Assembly (NCBI GenBank): GCA_965220975.1
Contig: OZ244855.1
Span: 976,967 to 1,040,966, forward strand
Reading direction: 5' to 3'
DNA length: 64,000 nt
From: Candidatus Poriferihabitans sp.
Lineage (GTDB): Bacteria; Pseudomonadota; Gammaproteobacteria; Arenicellales; Poriferihabitantaceae
Numbering within the stretch: position 1 is the stretch's first letter; every line of letters starts with the position of its first letter. Below are positions 20,091-29,732 of the stretch, in pieces. The notes under the pieces are model-generated. The model searched no databases and was not told the origin of the DNA. It saw nothing but the letters and a program-made list of their open reading frames with translations. Position numbers and translations under genes: made by a program.

Positions 20091-21362
20091 ATGACAATAA
20101 ACCGAAATCAAGATCGCATTGATAAAAAGGATGTGATTATTATTGGTGGCGGAATTATTGGTACCGCAACCGCCTGGAATCTGGCAAAAAGAAACAAGCG
20201 GGTCAAGTTGTTCGAAAAGGGCAGTGTAGCTGGTGAGCAATCTGGCCGGAATTGGGGCTCGATACGTTCGCAAAGACGATCAGCTACAGAGTTTCCAATC
20301 ATGCTGGAAGGAATTCGGATTTGGGAAACTCTCGAGAAAGAACTGAATGCAGATCTTGATTAGCGCCAAGAGGGTCATATTCGGCTTTGTTACGATGAAA
20401 AACTGCTAGAGTGGGCTGAGGATTGGGTGCCAATTGGTCGGGAAAATGGTCTTGATACCCGTGTTCTTACACCTGGAGAATGCGAGAAACTATTGCCACA
20501 CTATTCAGCCAAAGGTTTGCTAGGTGCTCTGTATACGCCAACAGACGGGTGTGCCGAACCGATAAAGGTAACAGCTGCGCTGGCACGTTCTGCCTCCCGT
20601 TGTTCTGCCGAAATTATTGAAAATTGTGCAGTACTGCAAATTTTAACGGAGAATGGTCGAGCATCTGGAGTCCTGTCAGAAGAGGGTGAAACTCATGCTG
20701 ACGCGGTCATCGTAACCAGTGGCGCATGGACTAGTCGTCTCCTTAAACCTCTCGGTATTGATCATCCTTCCTTGTGGGTCAGAGCTTCAGCTGCACATAC
20801 CGAAGCCCTGACCATCAATCTGAGAAAGCTGGTTAGTTGGGGTCGTTGCGCATTTCGCCAGAGATCCGACCAGTCCTTGACGCTTGCTGTTGCAGAACAT
20901 GGATGTCACGACCTGATGCTTGATTCTTTTCGTTATGATGCTGCATATCTCAAATTGGTAGTACAGAATCATGACTTGTTTCGTTTTTCACTAGGTCAGC
21001 CTATGCTGGATGACCTTAACGGTCGATTTGATGACTTTGCAAGCACAGAAAATAGAACTCTTGATCCTGCTCCCGATCATGCAGCACTTGAGCGAGCCGC
21101 CAAGTTTTTTGCTGCCGAATATCCAGCTGCACAGCCATTGAAACTAACTCGATCTTGGGCGGGATGGATCGATTATATGCCAGATGCACTACCAGTTCTT
21201 GGTGAGACTCCAAATATATCGGGGCTTTTCGTTGGAGCTGGATTCAGTGGAGGAGGCTTTGGAATGGGGCCAGTCAGCGGAAAGATTCTGTCCGATCTTG
21301 TTTGTGATGGATATACGCCGCATCCTGTGCAGCCACTGTGCCCTTCCAGATTTCAGCGGTAA
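20091..21362 (+). pseudogene. FAD-dependent oxidoreductase (DAO family) interrupted by one in-frame TAG
   Basis: ORFs 20091..20363 and 20427..21362 are in the same frame. The N-terminus has VIIIGGGIIGTATAWNLA (GxGxxG). The TAG at 20361..20363 sits in ...ADLD*RQEGHIRL, where family members usually have W/F. TGG to TAG is one transition. Confidence 0.65.
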
Positions 21363-21586
21363 TCGGAGCGATTGCTATTCTTGCATCAATTTCAGGATGG
21401 TGATTTATTTTCCTGAAATTTGTCGAGTGGTCCCAGGATGAACCTCCCGACAATGAAATGCCTCAGTGAATCTTTTGAATTCAACATGCTTATGCATAAA
21501 GGAAACAGGCATTTTCCAATGGGCCAGTCCATTTGATACAATTCGAAGCTTCCATTCCCTATTTACCAAAAATCAATTTCATAATT

Positions 21587-22222
21587 ATGATCGATCTTTA
21601 TACATGGTCCACGCCGAATGGACGAAAAATCAGTATCATGCTTGAAGAGACTGAATTGCCATATCAAGTTCATCCGATCGACATCGGCAAGGGAGACCAG
21701 CATGCAGAATCATTCTTGACAATGAATCCGAATGGCAAAATACCTGTAATTGTTGATCAGGAAAATGGGAAAACCGTTTTCGAATCTGCAGCTATATTGA
21801 TCTATCTTGCATATAAGACAGATAGACAGTTTCTGCCAAAAGATCATTCCGATCAATATTGGACTGCCATGCAGTGGCTAATGTTTCAGGTAGCACATGT
21901 TGGACCTATGCTTGGGCAGGTTCATCATTTCACCAAATTCAATCCGGGAGTAGCTCCTTATGCCCAAGACCGATATTTACAGGAAGCGCTTCGACTATAT
22001 CAGGTATTGGATAGTCACCTTGAAAACAGCGAATTTCTTGCTGGTCATTATTCAATTGCGGATATGGCGACTTGGCCCTGGATTGCGAGATTTAATTGGC
22101 AGACCATTGACATTTCCCGATACCCGAATGTCTTGCGCTGGTATTTGTCCATTGCAGAGAGACCAGCCGTCCAAAGAGCATGGCATGTCCCACCAAGTGA
22201 TCAGCCTGTTCCCATGCCATAA
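21587..22222 (+). CDS. Glutathione S-transferase (Nu-class, YfcG/YghU-like)
   Basis: Likely start is MIDLYTWSTPNGRKISIMLEE. Motifs: NPNGKIPVIVD and a C-terminal GST helical domain. Confidence 0.7.
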   Translation: MIDLYTWSTPNGRKISIMLEETELPYQVHPIDIGKGDQHAESFLTMNPNGKIPVIVDQENGKTVFESAAILIYLAYKTDRQFLPKDHSDQYWTAMQWLMFQVAHVGPMLGQVHHFTKFNPGVAPYAQDRYLQEALRLYQVLDSHLENSEFLAGHYSIADMATWPWIARFNWQTIDISRYPNVLRWYLSIAERPAVQRAWHVPPSDQPVPMP

Positions 22223-22241
22223 CTTTTTTCCTGCTTTGCAA

Positions 22242-22249
22242 GTGAATTG
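22242..22249. repeat. Left 8-bp target-site duplication GTGAATTG
   Basis: Identical octamer at 24160..24167, immediately outside the two inverted ends. Confidence 0.8.
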
Positions 22250-24159
22250 GTAACTACTCGTCCACTTGATTGCACTTGAGGGGAAAACATCAAGCGAGAG
22301 CTGGTTTACCGCAGGACCCGCCAGTAACCGATCATGTGGCTTGAGGTTGCAAGTCCGAGTTCTCCACGATCCCGCCCAGCTCGAGCAGATAGGTCCGGAA
22401 AGACGGGATCGGGCACACAAACTGATTCCTTGATTCTCGGTGCAAGGCCCCCTGGTGCACGAGGTGAACGAAGAAGGCGTCTGCATCCATGCCTGCCGGC
22501 AAGCGATATTTCCGAGGATCCGCCTCATGAAGGTCTTCCATCAAGCGCCTGATCCGGGAAGAGCCCTGATTGCTGTCCATCGCAGCCATCACTTCGGCCG
22601 TCAGCTCCATGGCATCTTTCATCTCGCTTGAAAACTGACCGTCGCAATACCCGTCCCTTCCGGTCTTGATCTCGGCCTGTATCCTCTCCCATGCCGCCCT
22701 GCCGAGATCGCCCTCCGTTTTCAGGGCTTCTGCGCCCAGTGCCTGCAAGACGACATGCAGATGCCGGGGCCACCCGTCACAAGGCTGAAGCAGCCGATCG
22801 ACCTCATCATCATGTCCGGCAGCATCAATGCCAAAATGCGCACAGGACCTTTCCATGAGTTCCTGAACTTCATGATCCGGGAAACGCCCGATGTTGTGTT
22901 TCTGCCTGTGCGGCATGCGGGTCAGTCCCATCTTGCGGGCCGAGTATTCGGTATCGCTGAGACCCGCCAGCACCAGCGCAATCGGCAGCCCGCAACCGTC
23001 ATGGAGACTCTGAAACAGCTTGGAGAGAGGATCTTCGGAATCACGTTGAAAGCGCTGTGCCTCGTCGATGGCCAGCACGATCGGACGGTCAAACCCGCCA
23101 TGCTGTTCAGCCCAGTCCCCCAACACATCCCAGTGCATGCGCGGTCTTGCTGGCTCCATGGTGGTCTCTTGCTTGCCGAAGGCCTTGACTGGACCCAAGC
23201 CAATCCCAGCCTCTCCGCCGGATGTCCGAACGGAATGCGATAAAAACTCCTCGGCAGCTGTCGGGTTGATGCTCCGGGCTAGCGGTTGAAGAATGTCAAC
23301 GGGCTCCTCGATTACGCCAGACTCCAGCACTACCACCAGCGGGAGCTTGCCGACACTCTCCGTATACAGTCTCTCCGGATTGTGCCTGATCTGGTGCACG
23401 ATCGAGCTCTTGCCCGCCCCCGGCGCGCCCTGGATAATGCGCGTCGTTTTCCCTGCGCCATGCTGATCGGCTCCCGAGCCCTTCCACACCTGTCTGGCCG
23501 CTTGCGCAATGTCGTCGAGCACTTCGGCCCGTCCAACAAACACCAGAGGAGGCTTCCCTTCCGTTCGCTTGAGAAAGGACTCCAGTTCTTTTTTCTGATC
23601 AGGATTCATCGCTACACCTCGCCACGGGCATGATCATTGAATGCATGCAGACATGGTATACAGAATAAAACGGATCACCGAAGACTACTCAAGTACACAG
23701 GCAAATAAATCTAAATCATTGCCTGAAAGCGGCATCCCGTTCGCTGTACCCGAAATTTGACGATGGACTGAACGATCTGACAGACACCACGAAACTTTCA
23801 CATGTGCCCGGGACCGGAAAACGATCTCCTTGAGCTCCTGTGCCCACTCTCCCGTACTGATTGCATGGATATTCGAGGCCTGCAAGAGAAAACGGCATGG
23901 CGAAATACATGCCTGCAGTCTATCACACCATGCTGCTGGGAATGGAACGCTCACTCGCTTTCACCCTGTCATGACAACCCGAACCAATCGATCAAACTGT
24001 CTTCATTTCGGACCGATCGAGCTCAACGAGCTTTCCACTCACGCGAGACTTCACTGCAGATGGATTGGCCAGACTGCTGGTTCGGGAACTGAAGTCTGAA
24101 ACTTCAGCAGAGTACGGTTCCAAAATATCTGCTCGTCACCAATAGGGGCGAGTAGATAC
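22250..24159 (-). mobile_element. Non-autonomous IS66-family-like cassette (mobile insertion cassette) carrying one AAA+ ATPase gene
   Basis: The ends are GTAACTACTCGTCCAC (22250 onward) and GTATCTACTCGCCCCT (reverse complement of the 24159 end), matching at 11 of the first 14 positions. Both start GTA(A/T). A perfect 8-bp direct repeat flanks the element. The interior is visibly GC-rich compared with the flanks. No transposase ORF is present. Confidence 0.75.
22332..23609 (-). CDS. ORC/Cdc6-like (AAA_16/AAA_22-type) ATPase, cargo of the cassette
   Basis: 425 aa. LVFVGRAEVLDDI precedes the P-loop, Walker A is IQGAPGAGKSS, and Walker B is IVLAIDEAQRF. The C-terminal half is helical. GAGGTG lies 6 nt upstream of the ATG. 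Confidence 0.7.
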   Translation of the reverse strand: MNPDQKKELESFLKRTEGKPPLVFVGRAEVLDDIAQAARQVWKGSGADQHGAGKTTRIIQGAPGAGKSSIVHQIRHNPERLYTESVGKLPLVVVLESGVIEEPVDILQPLARSINPTAAEEFLSHSVRTSGGEAGIGLGPVKAFGKQETTMEPARPRMHWDVLGDWAEQHGGFDRPIVLAIDEAQRFQRDSEDPLSKLFQSLHDGCGLPIALVLAGLSDTEYSARKMGLTRMPHRQKHNIGRFPDHEVQELMERSCAHFGIDAAGHDDEVDRLLQPCDGWPRHLHVVLQALGAEALKTEGDLGRAAWERIQAEIKTGRDGYCDGQFSSEMKDAMELTAEVMAAMDSNQGSSRIRRLMEDLHEADPRKYRLPAGMDADAFFVHLVHQGALHRESRNQFVCPIPSFRTYLLELGGIVENSDLQPQAT

Positions 24160-24167
24160 GTGAATTG
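24160..24167. repeat. Right 8-bp target-site duplication GTGAATTG
   Basis: See 22242..22249. Confidence 0.8.
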
Positions 24168-24366
24168 AATCATCAATCAAAACAGCAATGATGGATGTTT
24201 GCTCTCAAAACAGACCCGGCAAGTACTGAATGCTTTCGGCATGCATTACGGATGACTTTTCGACAGGGTGAGAAATGCACACGGCGTATCAATCCAGATT
24301 GAAGGGCGCCCGATCGCCTACAGTCAAGGTTGATTTGCAACATGACCATCTATCTGCCGTTTTTTT

Positions 24367-25389
24367 TTATAAAGCAGAAACCTCAACACCTATGACCGCT
24401 AGAGGTCTGACCAGTTTCGTCAACTGAAGTGCTCGTTCGTTTGACGCATTCCCTTCCAAGGCTCGCTTCTTGACTCCCTGCAATATGGCTGCAAATCGAA
24501 AAAAGCTAAATGCCAGATAAAAATTCCAATCCGCAATACCGTCAAGATTTCTCCTTTGGCAATACATTTCCACATACTCGTTCTCCTCTGGTATAGCAAG
24601 ATTTTTGCGGTTTTTGCCACCCAAGCCCGGCAAAACATTGTTATCGGGCAATCGCAATTGCATGCACTGGTAGGCTAAATCCGCATAAGGATGTCCAAGC
24701 GTGCTGAGTTCCCAGTCCAATACTGCTAAAACTTCAAACTTTTGCGAATCAAAAATCAGATTGTCCAATCGGTAGTCACCATGGACTATGGAGGGCAGGC
24801 CTTGGTCTAGAGGGATATTTTCATTTAGCCATTGGATCAGGTAATCCATTTCCTTAATTGATTCCGTTGCTGAATGCTGATATTGCCGAGTCCAGCGATC
24901 AGTTTGACGCGCAAAATAGTTTCCCGGTTTTCCGAAGTCGGAAAGTCCAATCGATTCGGGCGAGATTGAGTGAATACTGGCCAATACCTGATTCATTTGA
25001 TCATAAACCTCTGACCTTTGATGATTGGTTAATTCGGGCAATGCTGGATTCCAAAATATCTTGCCTTCGACAAATTCCATAACAAAAAACATCGTGCCAA
25101 TCACGTCTTCGTCATCACAGAGATGCAGACATCGAGGAGTCGGTATCCCGGCTCCATGCAGAGCATTCATAATGCGAAATTCCCGATCAACAGCATGCGC
25201 CGAAGGGAGCAGATCCCCATCGGGCTTTCTTCTCAGAACATATTTTGACTGAGGAGTCTGCAATTGATAAGTTGGATTTGACTGTCCATCAGGAAACTTT
25301 GAAAGTTCTAGTGGTCCGGAAAATAATGGAATTTTTGTGGAAAGGTAAGCTTCCAGCGACTGGAGGCGAAGATGATCAAAATCATGCAT
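24367..25389 (-). CDS. Phosphotransferase (APH/choline-kinase fold), ACAD10/11-N-terminal-like kinase
   Basis: Likely start is MHDFDHLRL at 25389, overlapping the upstream stop by 8 nt. Motifs: PDGQSNPTYQL, IVHGDYRLDNLIF (catalytic HxDxxxxN), VLDWELSTLG. Confidence 0.7.
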   Translation of the reverse strand: MHDFDHLRLQSLEAYLSTKIPLFSGPLELSKFPDGQSNPTYQLQTPQSKYVLRRKPDGDLLPSAHAVDREFRIMNALHGAGIPTPRCLHLCDDEDVIGTMFFVMEFVEGKIFWNPALPELTNHQRSEVYDQMNQVLASIHSISPESIGLSDFGKPGNYFARQTDRWTRQYQHSATESIKEMDYLIQWLNENIPLDQGLPSIVHGDYRLDNLIFDSQKFEVLAVLDWELSTLGHPYADLAYQCMQLRLPDNNVLPGLGGKNRKNLAIPEENEYVEMYCQRRNLDGIADWNFYLAFSFFRFAAILQGVKKRALEGNASNERALQLTKLVRPLAVIGVEVSAL

Positions 25390-26599
25390 AACGTGCGATG
25401 ATCTGCTTACCAAGCGCCATATGGTGAACCTGATCGGGTCCATCAGCTTGACGACACCAACGAGCGTAGTTGAATGCCTCAGCCATAGAATAATCCGCAG
25501 TCAATCCGCCAGCACCATGTATCTGCATACATCGGTCAAGCACCTCCTGAACCAGCAGTGGAACCCGTGTCTTGCTGGCTGCAATTAAATCCCTTGCTTC
25601 CTTTGCTCCATGCAAATCCATTTTGTTGCAAGTCTCATGAACGAGTAGGCGGGCCATCTCAATATCCGAAAATGATTTCGATATATCCTCCCTGATCGAT
25701 TGATTCTTGGATAAGGACTCTCCGAAAGCATGACGGTTGGCAACCCGAGTGCAAGACAGCTCCAAGGCTCTTTGAGCGCATCCAATTAATCTCATGCAAT
25801 GATGAATTCGACCAGGTCCTAGACGTCCCTGTGCAACTTCAAATCCTTTGCCAGGACCAGCAAGGATATTTTCGAGCGGTACTCGCACTTCCTGAAATAG
25901 GATTTCCGCATGTCCAAATGGCGCATCATCATATCCCAAGGTAGTGAGTGGTCGCACCAGAGTGATTCCTGGAGTTTCGGTCGGTACAAGAATCTGACTT
26001 TGTTGGCGATATCGATCCGGGTTATCAGGATCCGATTTGCCCATCACGATCAACAGCTGGTTGTTCTCATGCATCGCACCTGTTATGAACCACTTCCTTC
26101 CATTCAACACCCATTCATTTTCTTGTTGTTCTATTCGCAACTGGATATTGGTAGCATCACTGGACGCCACATCGGGTTCAGTCATGGCATAGGAAGATCG
26201 AATTTCTCCTTTGAGGAGTGGTTTGAGCCAGGTATTTTGTTGTTCCGGAGTGCCATATTTCATCAGAACTTCCATATTTCCCGTGTCTGGTGCATTGCAG
26301 TTAAATACTTCCGGAGACCACAATACGCGTCCCATTTCCTCGGCTAGTGGCGCATATTCAAGGTGAGACATTCCTCCATTTTTCCCATAATGCCCATGAT
26401 CAACATGTATAAACAGGTTCCAAAGTTCTTCCTTGATGGCCAGTCTCTTGAGCTTCTTGATCAATTCCGTGCTCTTGAATCGGTTCTTTGCTGATTCCAG
26501 TTCTTCGCGATAAATTGATTCATTCGGATAGATGTGTCGGTCCATAAAGTCCTTGAGACGCGATAGAATCATCTCTCCCTTGTCAGAGTTTTTAAACAT
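25382..26599 (-). CDS. Acyl-CoA dehydrogenase (ACAD10/11-C-terminal-like)
   Basis: Start is MFKNSD at 26599. Motifs: YAMTEPDVASSDATN, RKWFITGA, QIHGAGGLTADY. Confidence 0.75.
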   Translation of the reverse strand: MFKNSDKGEMILSRLKDFMDRHIYPNESIYREELESAKNRFKSTELIKKLKRLAIKEELWNLFIHVDHGHYGKNGGMSHLEYAPLAEEMGRVLWSPEVFNCNAPDTGNMEVLMKYGTPEQQNTWLKPLLKGEIRSSYAMTEPDVASSDATNIQLRIEQQENEWVLNGRKWFITGAMHENNQLLIVMGKSDPDNPDRYRQQSQILVPTETPGITLVRPLTTLGYDDAPFGHAEILFQEVRVPLENILAGPGKGFEVAQGRLGPGRIHHCMRLIGCAQRALELSCTRVANRHAFGESLSKNQSIREDISKSFSDIEMARLLVHETCNKMDLHGAKEARDLIAASKTRVPLLVQEVLDRCMQIHGAGGLTADYSMAEAFNYARWCRQADGPDQVHHMALGKQIIARYA

Positions 26600-26646
26600 C
26601 GCGAACTGCAAATTGAAACCGTGTTGGATGGATCAAATGCTTGTTG

Positions 26647-27042
26647 TTAACCATCTTCGATTTGCCTTCTCTTTAGCATGTGAAAGATAAATACCAGCAG
26701 CCAAGCAGGACTGCTGATAATTGCAGCATAAAGCAACATCATCAAGGGGCCGAGCAGCCCCGCCATTAAGACCCCGAGCACACTGGTTGGCCCCAAAAGT
26801 ATTGCACATGTATACATTGGCACTTTCCGCTCCTGAAGCCATAACTTGCGACACGCGAAAGCCAGGAACAGTCCGGATAAGCAACTGAAAAACATCATCA
26901 TGCCTTGGCCTTGCCCCCCAGCATATTGAAATACTGACAAACCAAATCGAATGAAGGAAATGAAAATGATTCCGGCAGGCAACCAGGTAAAGGCAATAAA
27001 CCCAAAAACTGTTTTTCTAATGGTCGGTTTTAATACGAACAT
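26647..27042 (-). CDS. Small four-TM membrane protein, unknown function
   Basis: 131 aa and hydrophobic throughout. Lies between the ACAD and CoA-transferase genes on the same strand. Confidence 0.4.
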   Translation of the reverse strand: MFVLKPTIRKTVFGFIAFTWLPAGIIFISFIRFGLSVFQYAGGQGQGMMMFFSCLSGLFLAFACRKLWLQERKVPMYTCAILLGPTSVLGVLMAGLLGPLMMLLYAAIISSPAWLLVFIFHMLKRRQIEDG

Positions 27043-27075
27043 TTTTGACCCTCATGTTGTTTTATTTCAAATGCT

Positions 27076-28239
27076 TCATTTGTAACCGAGAACAGAGTCA
27101 TACACTATGCCCTTGTCAATCAGCTCTTGAATTTTTTCAGCATTGATTCCAAATTCTTGCAGGATTGAATGGGTATGCTCGCCAAGTTTGGGACCGCTGC
27201 AATTAATTTTTGACTCCGTTCGTGAAAATCGTGGAGCAGGGGCAGCCTGAAGGACTCCGTCAATCACAGCGAAACTGGATCGTTCCTTATTTGCAGGATG
27301 ATCGGGAGCTTCATGCAAATTCAGGACAGGACTCACACAGGCATTGGAACCTTCCAACATCTCACACCATTCATCACGTGGACGAGTTTCGATTAAGTTG
27401 GCTATTTGAACGCGAAGGGCAGGCCAGTTTGCTGGATCCAGGTAGTCAGGAAGAGCGTCAGTATCAAAATCGAGTTGGTGCATCAATGATTGATAAAATT
27501 GATCTTCCAGAGCGCAGATTGAAATATATTTGCCATCCGAACACTCATAAACATTGTAATGATGCGCTCCGCCATCAAGAAGGTTTACACCACGTTGTTC
27601 AGCATTCCAGCTACCCTCAGCTATCAGTTCATGAATCGTTAGTAGCTGATAAATCGTACCATCGACCATGGCAGCGTCGACAACCTGCCCCAGTCGGGAT
27701 TGCTGTCTCTCAAGCAGTGCAGCCAGAATTCCATTCACAAGCAACATGCCGCCACCGCCCATGTCGGCAATCATGTTGAGGGGAATTTGGGGCTTGCTTC
27801 CATATTCGCCAATGGCATGCAATGCGCCGGTAATTGACAAATATCCAAGATCATGTCCTGGAACATTTGCTAACGGTCCATCCTGTCCCCAACCGGTTAT
27901 ACGTCCGTAAATCAATCCTGGGGTTTGTTCAAGACAGATATCGGGGCCTATTCCCAGTCTCTCGCAAACTCCCGGCCTGTATGGGTCAATCAGTACATCT
28001 GCTTGTGCAATCAATGCAAGAGCAGTAGCCACTCCCTGCGAATCCTTGAGATTGATAACCATGGATTCCTTGCCACGCATACCAATCATATTTCGTCTTT
28101 TTTCGTCTTCTCTGAATCTTTCTATCACAATCACTCGCGCACCCATGTCAGCAAGCATCATGCCTGCCATCGGCCCCGGTCCAATTCCGGCAAGTTCAAT
28201 GACTGTATATCCGTTTAGTGTTCCCAATTCCGAACCCAC
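27076..28239 (-). CDS. Class III CoA-transferase (CaiB/BaiF family, alpha-methylacyl-CoA-racemase-like)
   Basis: 387 aa, GTG start. Motifs: VIELAGIGPGPMAGMMLADMGARVIVIER, DVLIDPYRPG, GHDLGYL. Confidence 0.75.
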   Translation of the reverse strand: MGSELGTLNGYTVIELAGIGPGPMAGMMLADMGARVIVIERFREDEKRRNMIGMRGKESMVINLKDSQGVATALALIAQADVLIDPYRPGVCERLGIGPDICLEQTPGLIYGRITGWGQDGPLANVPGHDLGYLSITGALHAIGEYGSKPQIPLNMIADMGGGGMLLVNGILAALLERQQSRLGQVVDAAMVDGTIYQLLTIHELIAEGSWNAEQRGVNLLDGGAHHYNVYECSDGKYISICALEDQFYQSLMHQLDFDTDALPDYLDPANWPALRVQIANLIETRPRDEWCEMLEGSNACVSPVLNLHEAPDHPANKERSSFAVIDGVLQAAPAPRFSRTESKINCSGPKLGEHTHSILQEFGINAEKIQELIDKGIVYDSVLGYK

Positions 28240-28586
28240 AAATTGTCTAAAACTAACATGACTATTGTATACACAGAAACTTCATTCCTCTGAATGATTG
28301 ACATATTCCACTTCGAAACAATCGAATTTCAGTACTCAAAACTTGATTTTTCTCCAGTCGACTATTGGTAATGAGAAATATCCTGAATTATTGCAATATA
28401 TAATCGCGTTACGTTCTGATGCACACCTTGTCGAACCCTTGTCAATTAAAAATATCATTCATATCTGAGTCCTATATAACTGTAAATAATAGATAACTAT
28501 AATGATATATTTATACTTATGGCAACTGATTGACATATTTTCATGGCTGGAATGGATGCCTAACAGTTGCATCATCATCTGAAAAA

Positions 28587-29693
28587 ATGCAAAAAAACAG
28601 AAAAATCGCTCTAATCAAAGGGGATGGAATCGGCATTGACGTTGCTGAAGCGGCAAAAGCGGTCATCAATCAAACGCTGGAAATCAAGCAACTTCCGAAA
28701 TTTCACTATTTCGAGATCGAAGCGGGAGCAAGATATTATCAGAGGACCGGGCTCGACATTGAACCTGGAGGAGAGGAGATGGCCGAAAATTGTGATGCAA
28801 TCTTGCTCGGAGCTATTGGCTTGCCCTCGGTTCGAACTCCTGATGGAACCGAAATAATGCCTCATCTTCGACTTCGTGAGCGCATGGATTTATATGCTGC
28901 GGTTCGTCCAGTTCGCGCATATTCAAATTCAACTCGACGACTGAGCGACCCGCGAGCAGCAAAGATTGATCTCGTCATCTTGCGAGAGAACACCGAGGGA
29001 TTGTTCTATACCGCCTCGACAAGCGGCCGAGCACAAGTGGTTAATGACTATGAAGCTCGTGAAACACTGCGAATTACCCGTTCCAATACCGAAAAACTTC
29101 ATCGATTTGCTTTTCGACTTGCTCGAAAACGTAAAGAACAGGGAAAGAAAGCACTCTTGACCTGCGTGGATAAAGCCAATGCATTCAAGTCAATGGCCTT
29201 TTTCCGAAAGATTTTTGATGAAATCGCTGTGAATTTCCCAGATATTGAAACCTCCTATAATCATGTCGATGCCCAGGCGCTTGATATGGTCCGTCGCCCA
29301 TGGGAGTTTGGAGTTTTGGTCATGGAAAACATTTTTGGTGACATACTCTCCGATTTGGGAGGAGGACTGGTCGGCGGCATGGGCATGGCACCATGCGCCG
29401 AAATTGGTGATTACAACGGATTGTTTCAGTCTTCTCATGGTACTGCGCCTGATATTATGGGAAAGGATCTGGCAAACCCGTTGGCGAGCATACTTGCCGG
29501 GTCAATGATGCTGGATTACCTGTCAGAAAAATTCGATGATCAATCTTTGGCAGATTGTTCAAACTTGATCGATCAGTCTATCGAACGCGGATTTGATGAG
29601 AATCGACTTCGTCCATGTGAATCGGGTGGAGACATGGGCACACAGGCTATCACCGAAGAAGTCATTGCATTGATCAATGAAACAAACGCTTAA
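28587..29693 (+). CDS. Isocitrate/isopropylmalate-dehydrogenase-family enzyme (tartrate-dehydrogenase-like)
   Basis: Likely start is MQKNRKIALIKGDGIG. Motifs: LRENTEGLFY, NIFGDILSDLGGGLVGGMGMAP, SHGTAPDI. Confidence 0.75.
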   Translation: MQKNRKIALIKGDGIGIDVAEAAKAVINQTLEIKQLPKFHYFEIEAGARYYQRTGLDIEPGGEEMAENCDAILLGAIGLPSVRTPDGTEIMPHLRLRERMDLYAAVRPVRAYSNSTRRLSDPRAAKIDLVILRENTEGLFYTASTSGRAQVVNDYEARETLRITRSNTEKLHRFAFRLARKRKEQGKKALLTCVDKANAFKSMAFFRKIFDEIAVNFPDIETSYNHVDAQALDMVRRPWEFGVLVMENIFGDILSDLGGGLVGGMGMAPCAEIGDYNGLFQSSHGTAPDIMGKDLANPLASILAGSMMLDYLSEKFDDQSLADCSNLIDQSIERGFDENRLRPCESGGDMGTQAITEEVIALINETNA

Positions 29694-29732
29694 GGGGGAT
29701 ATGTTATTTCTAAGATAGCGTTCGCAACTTGT

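Noticed and set aside
22334-23633. About a dozen 60-160-aa ORFs on both strands overlap the cassette ATPase gene (for example 22755..23243+, 23286..23633+, 22525..22773-).
   Set aside because: Stop-poor alternative frames are typical of GC-rich DNA. None of these ORFs has a recognisable motif, and the ATPase frame explains the region.
23610-24159. The structured non-coding leader could be retron-like msr/msd RNA or another reverse-transcriptase-associated ncRNA.
   Set aside because: No reverse transcriptase gene is present in the cassette or anywhere in the window.
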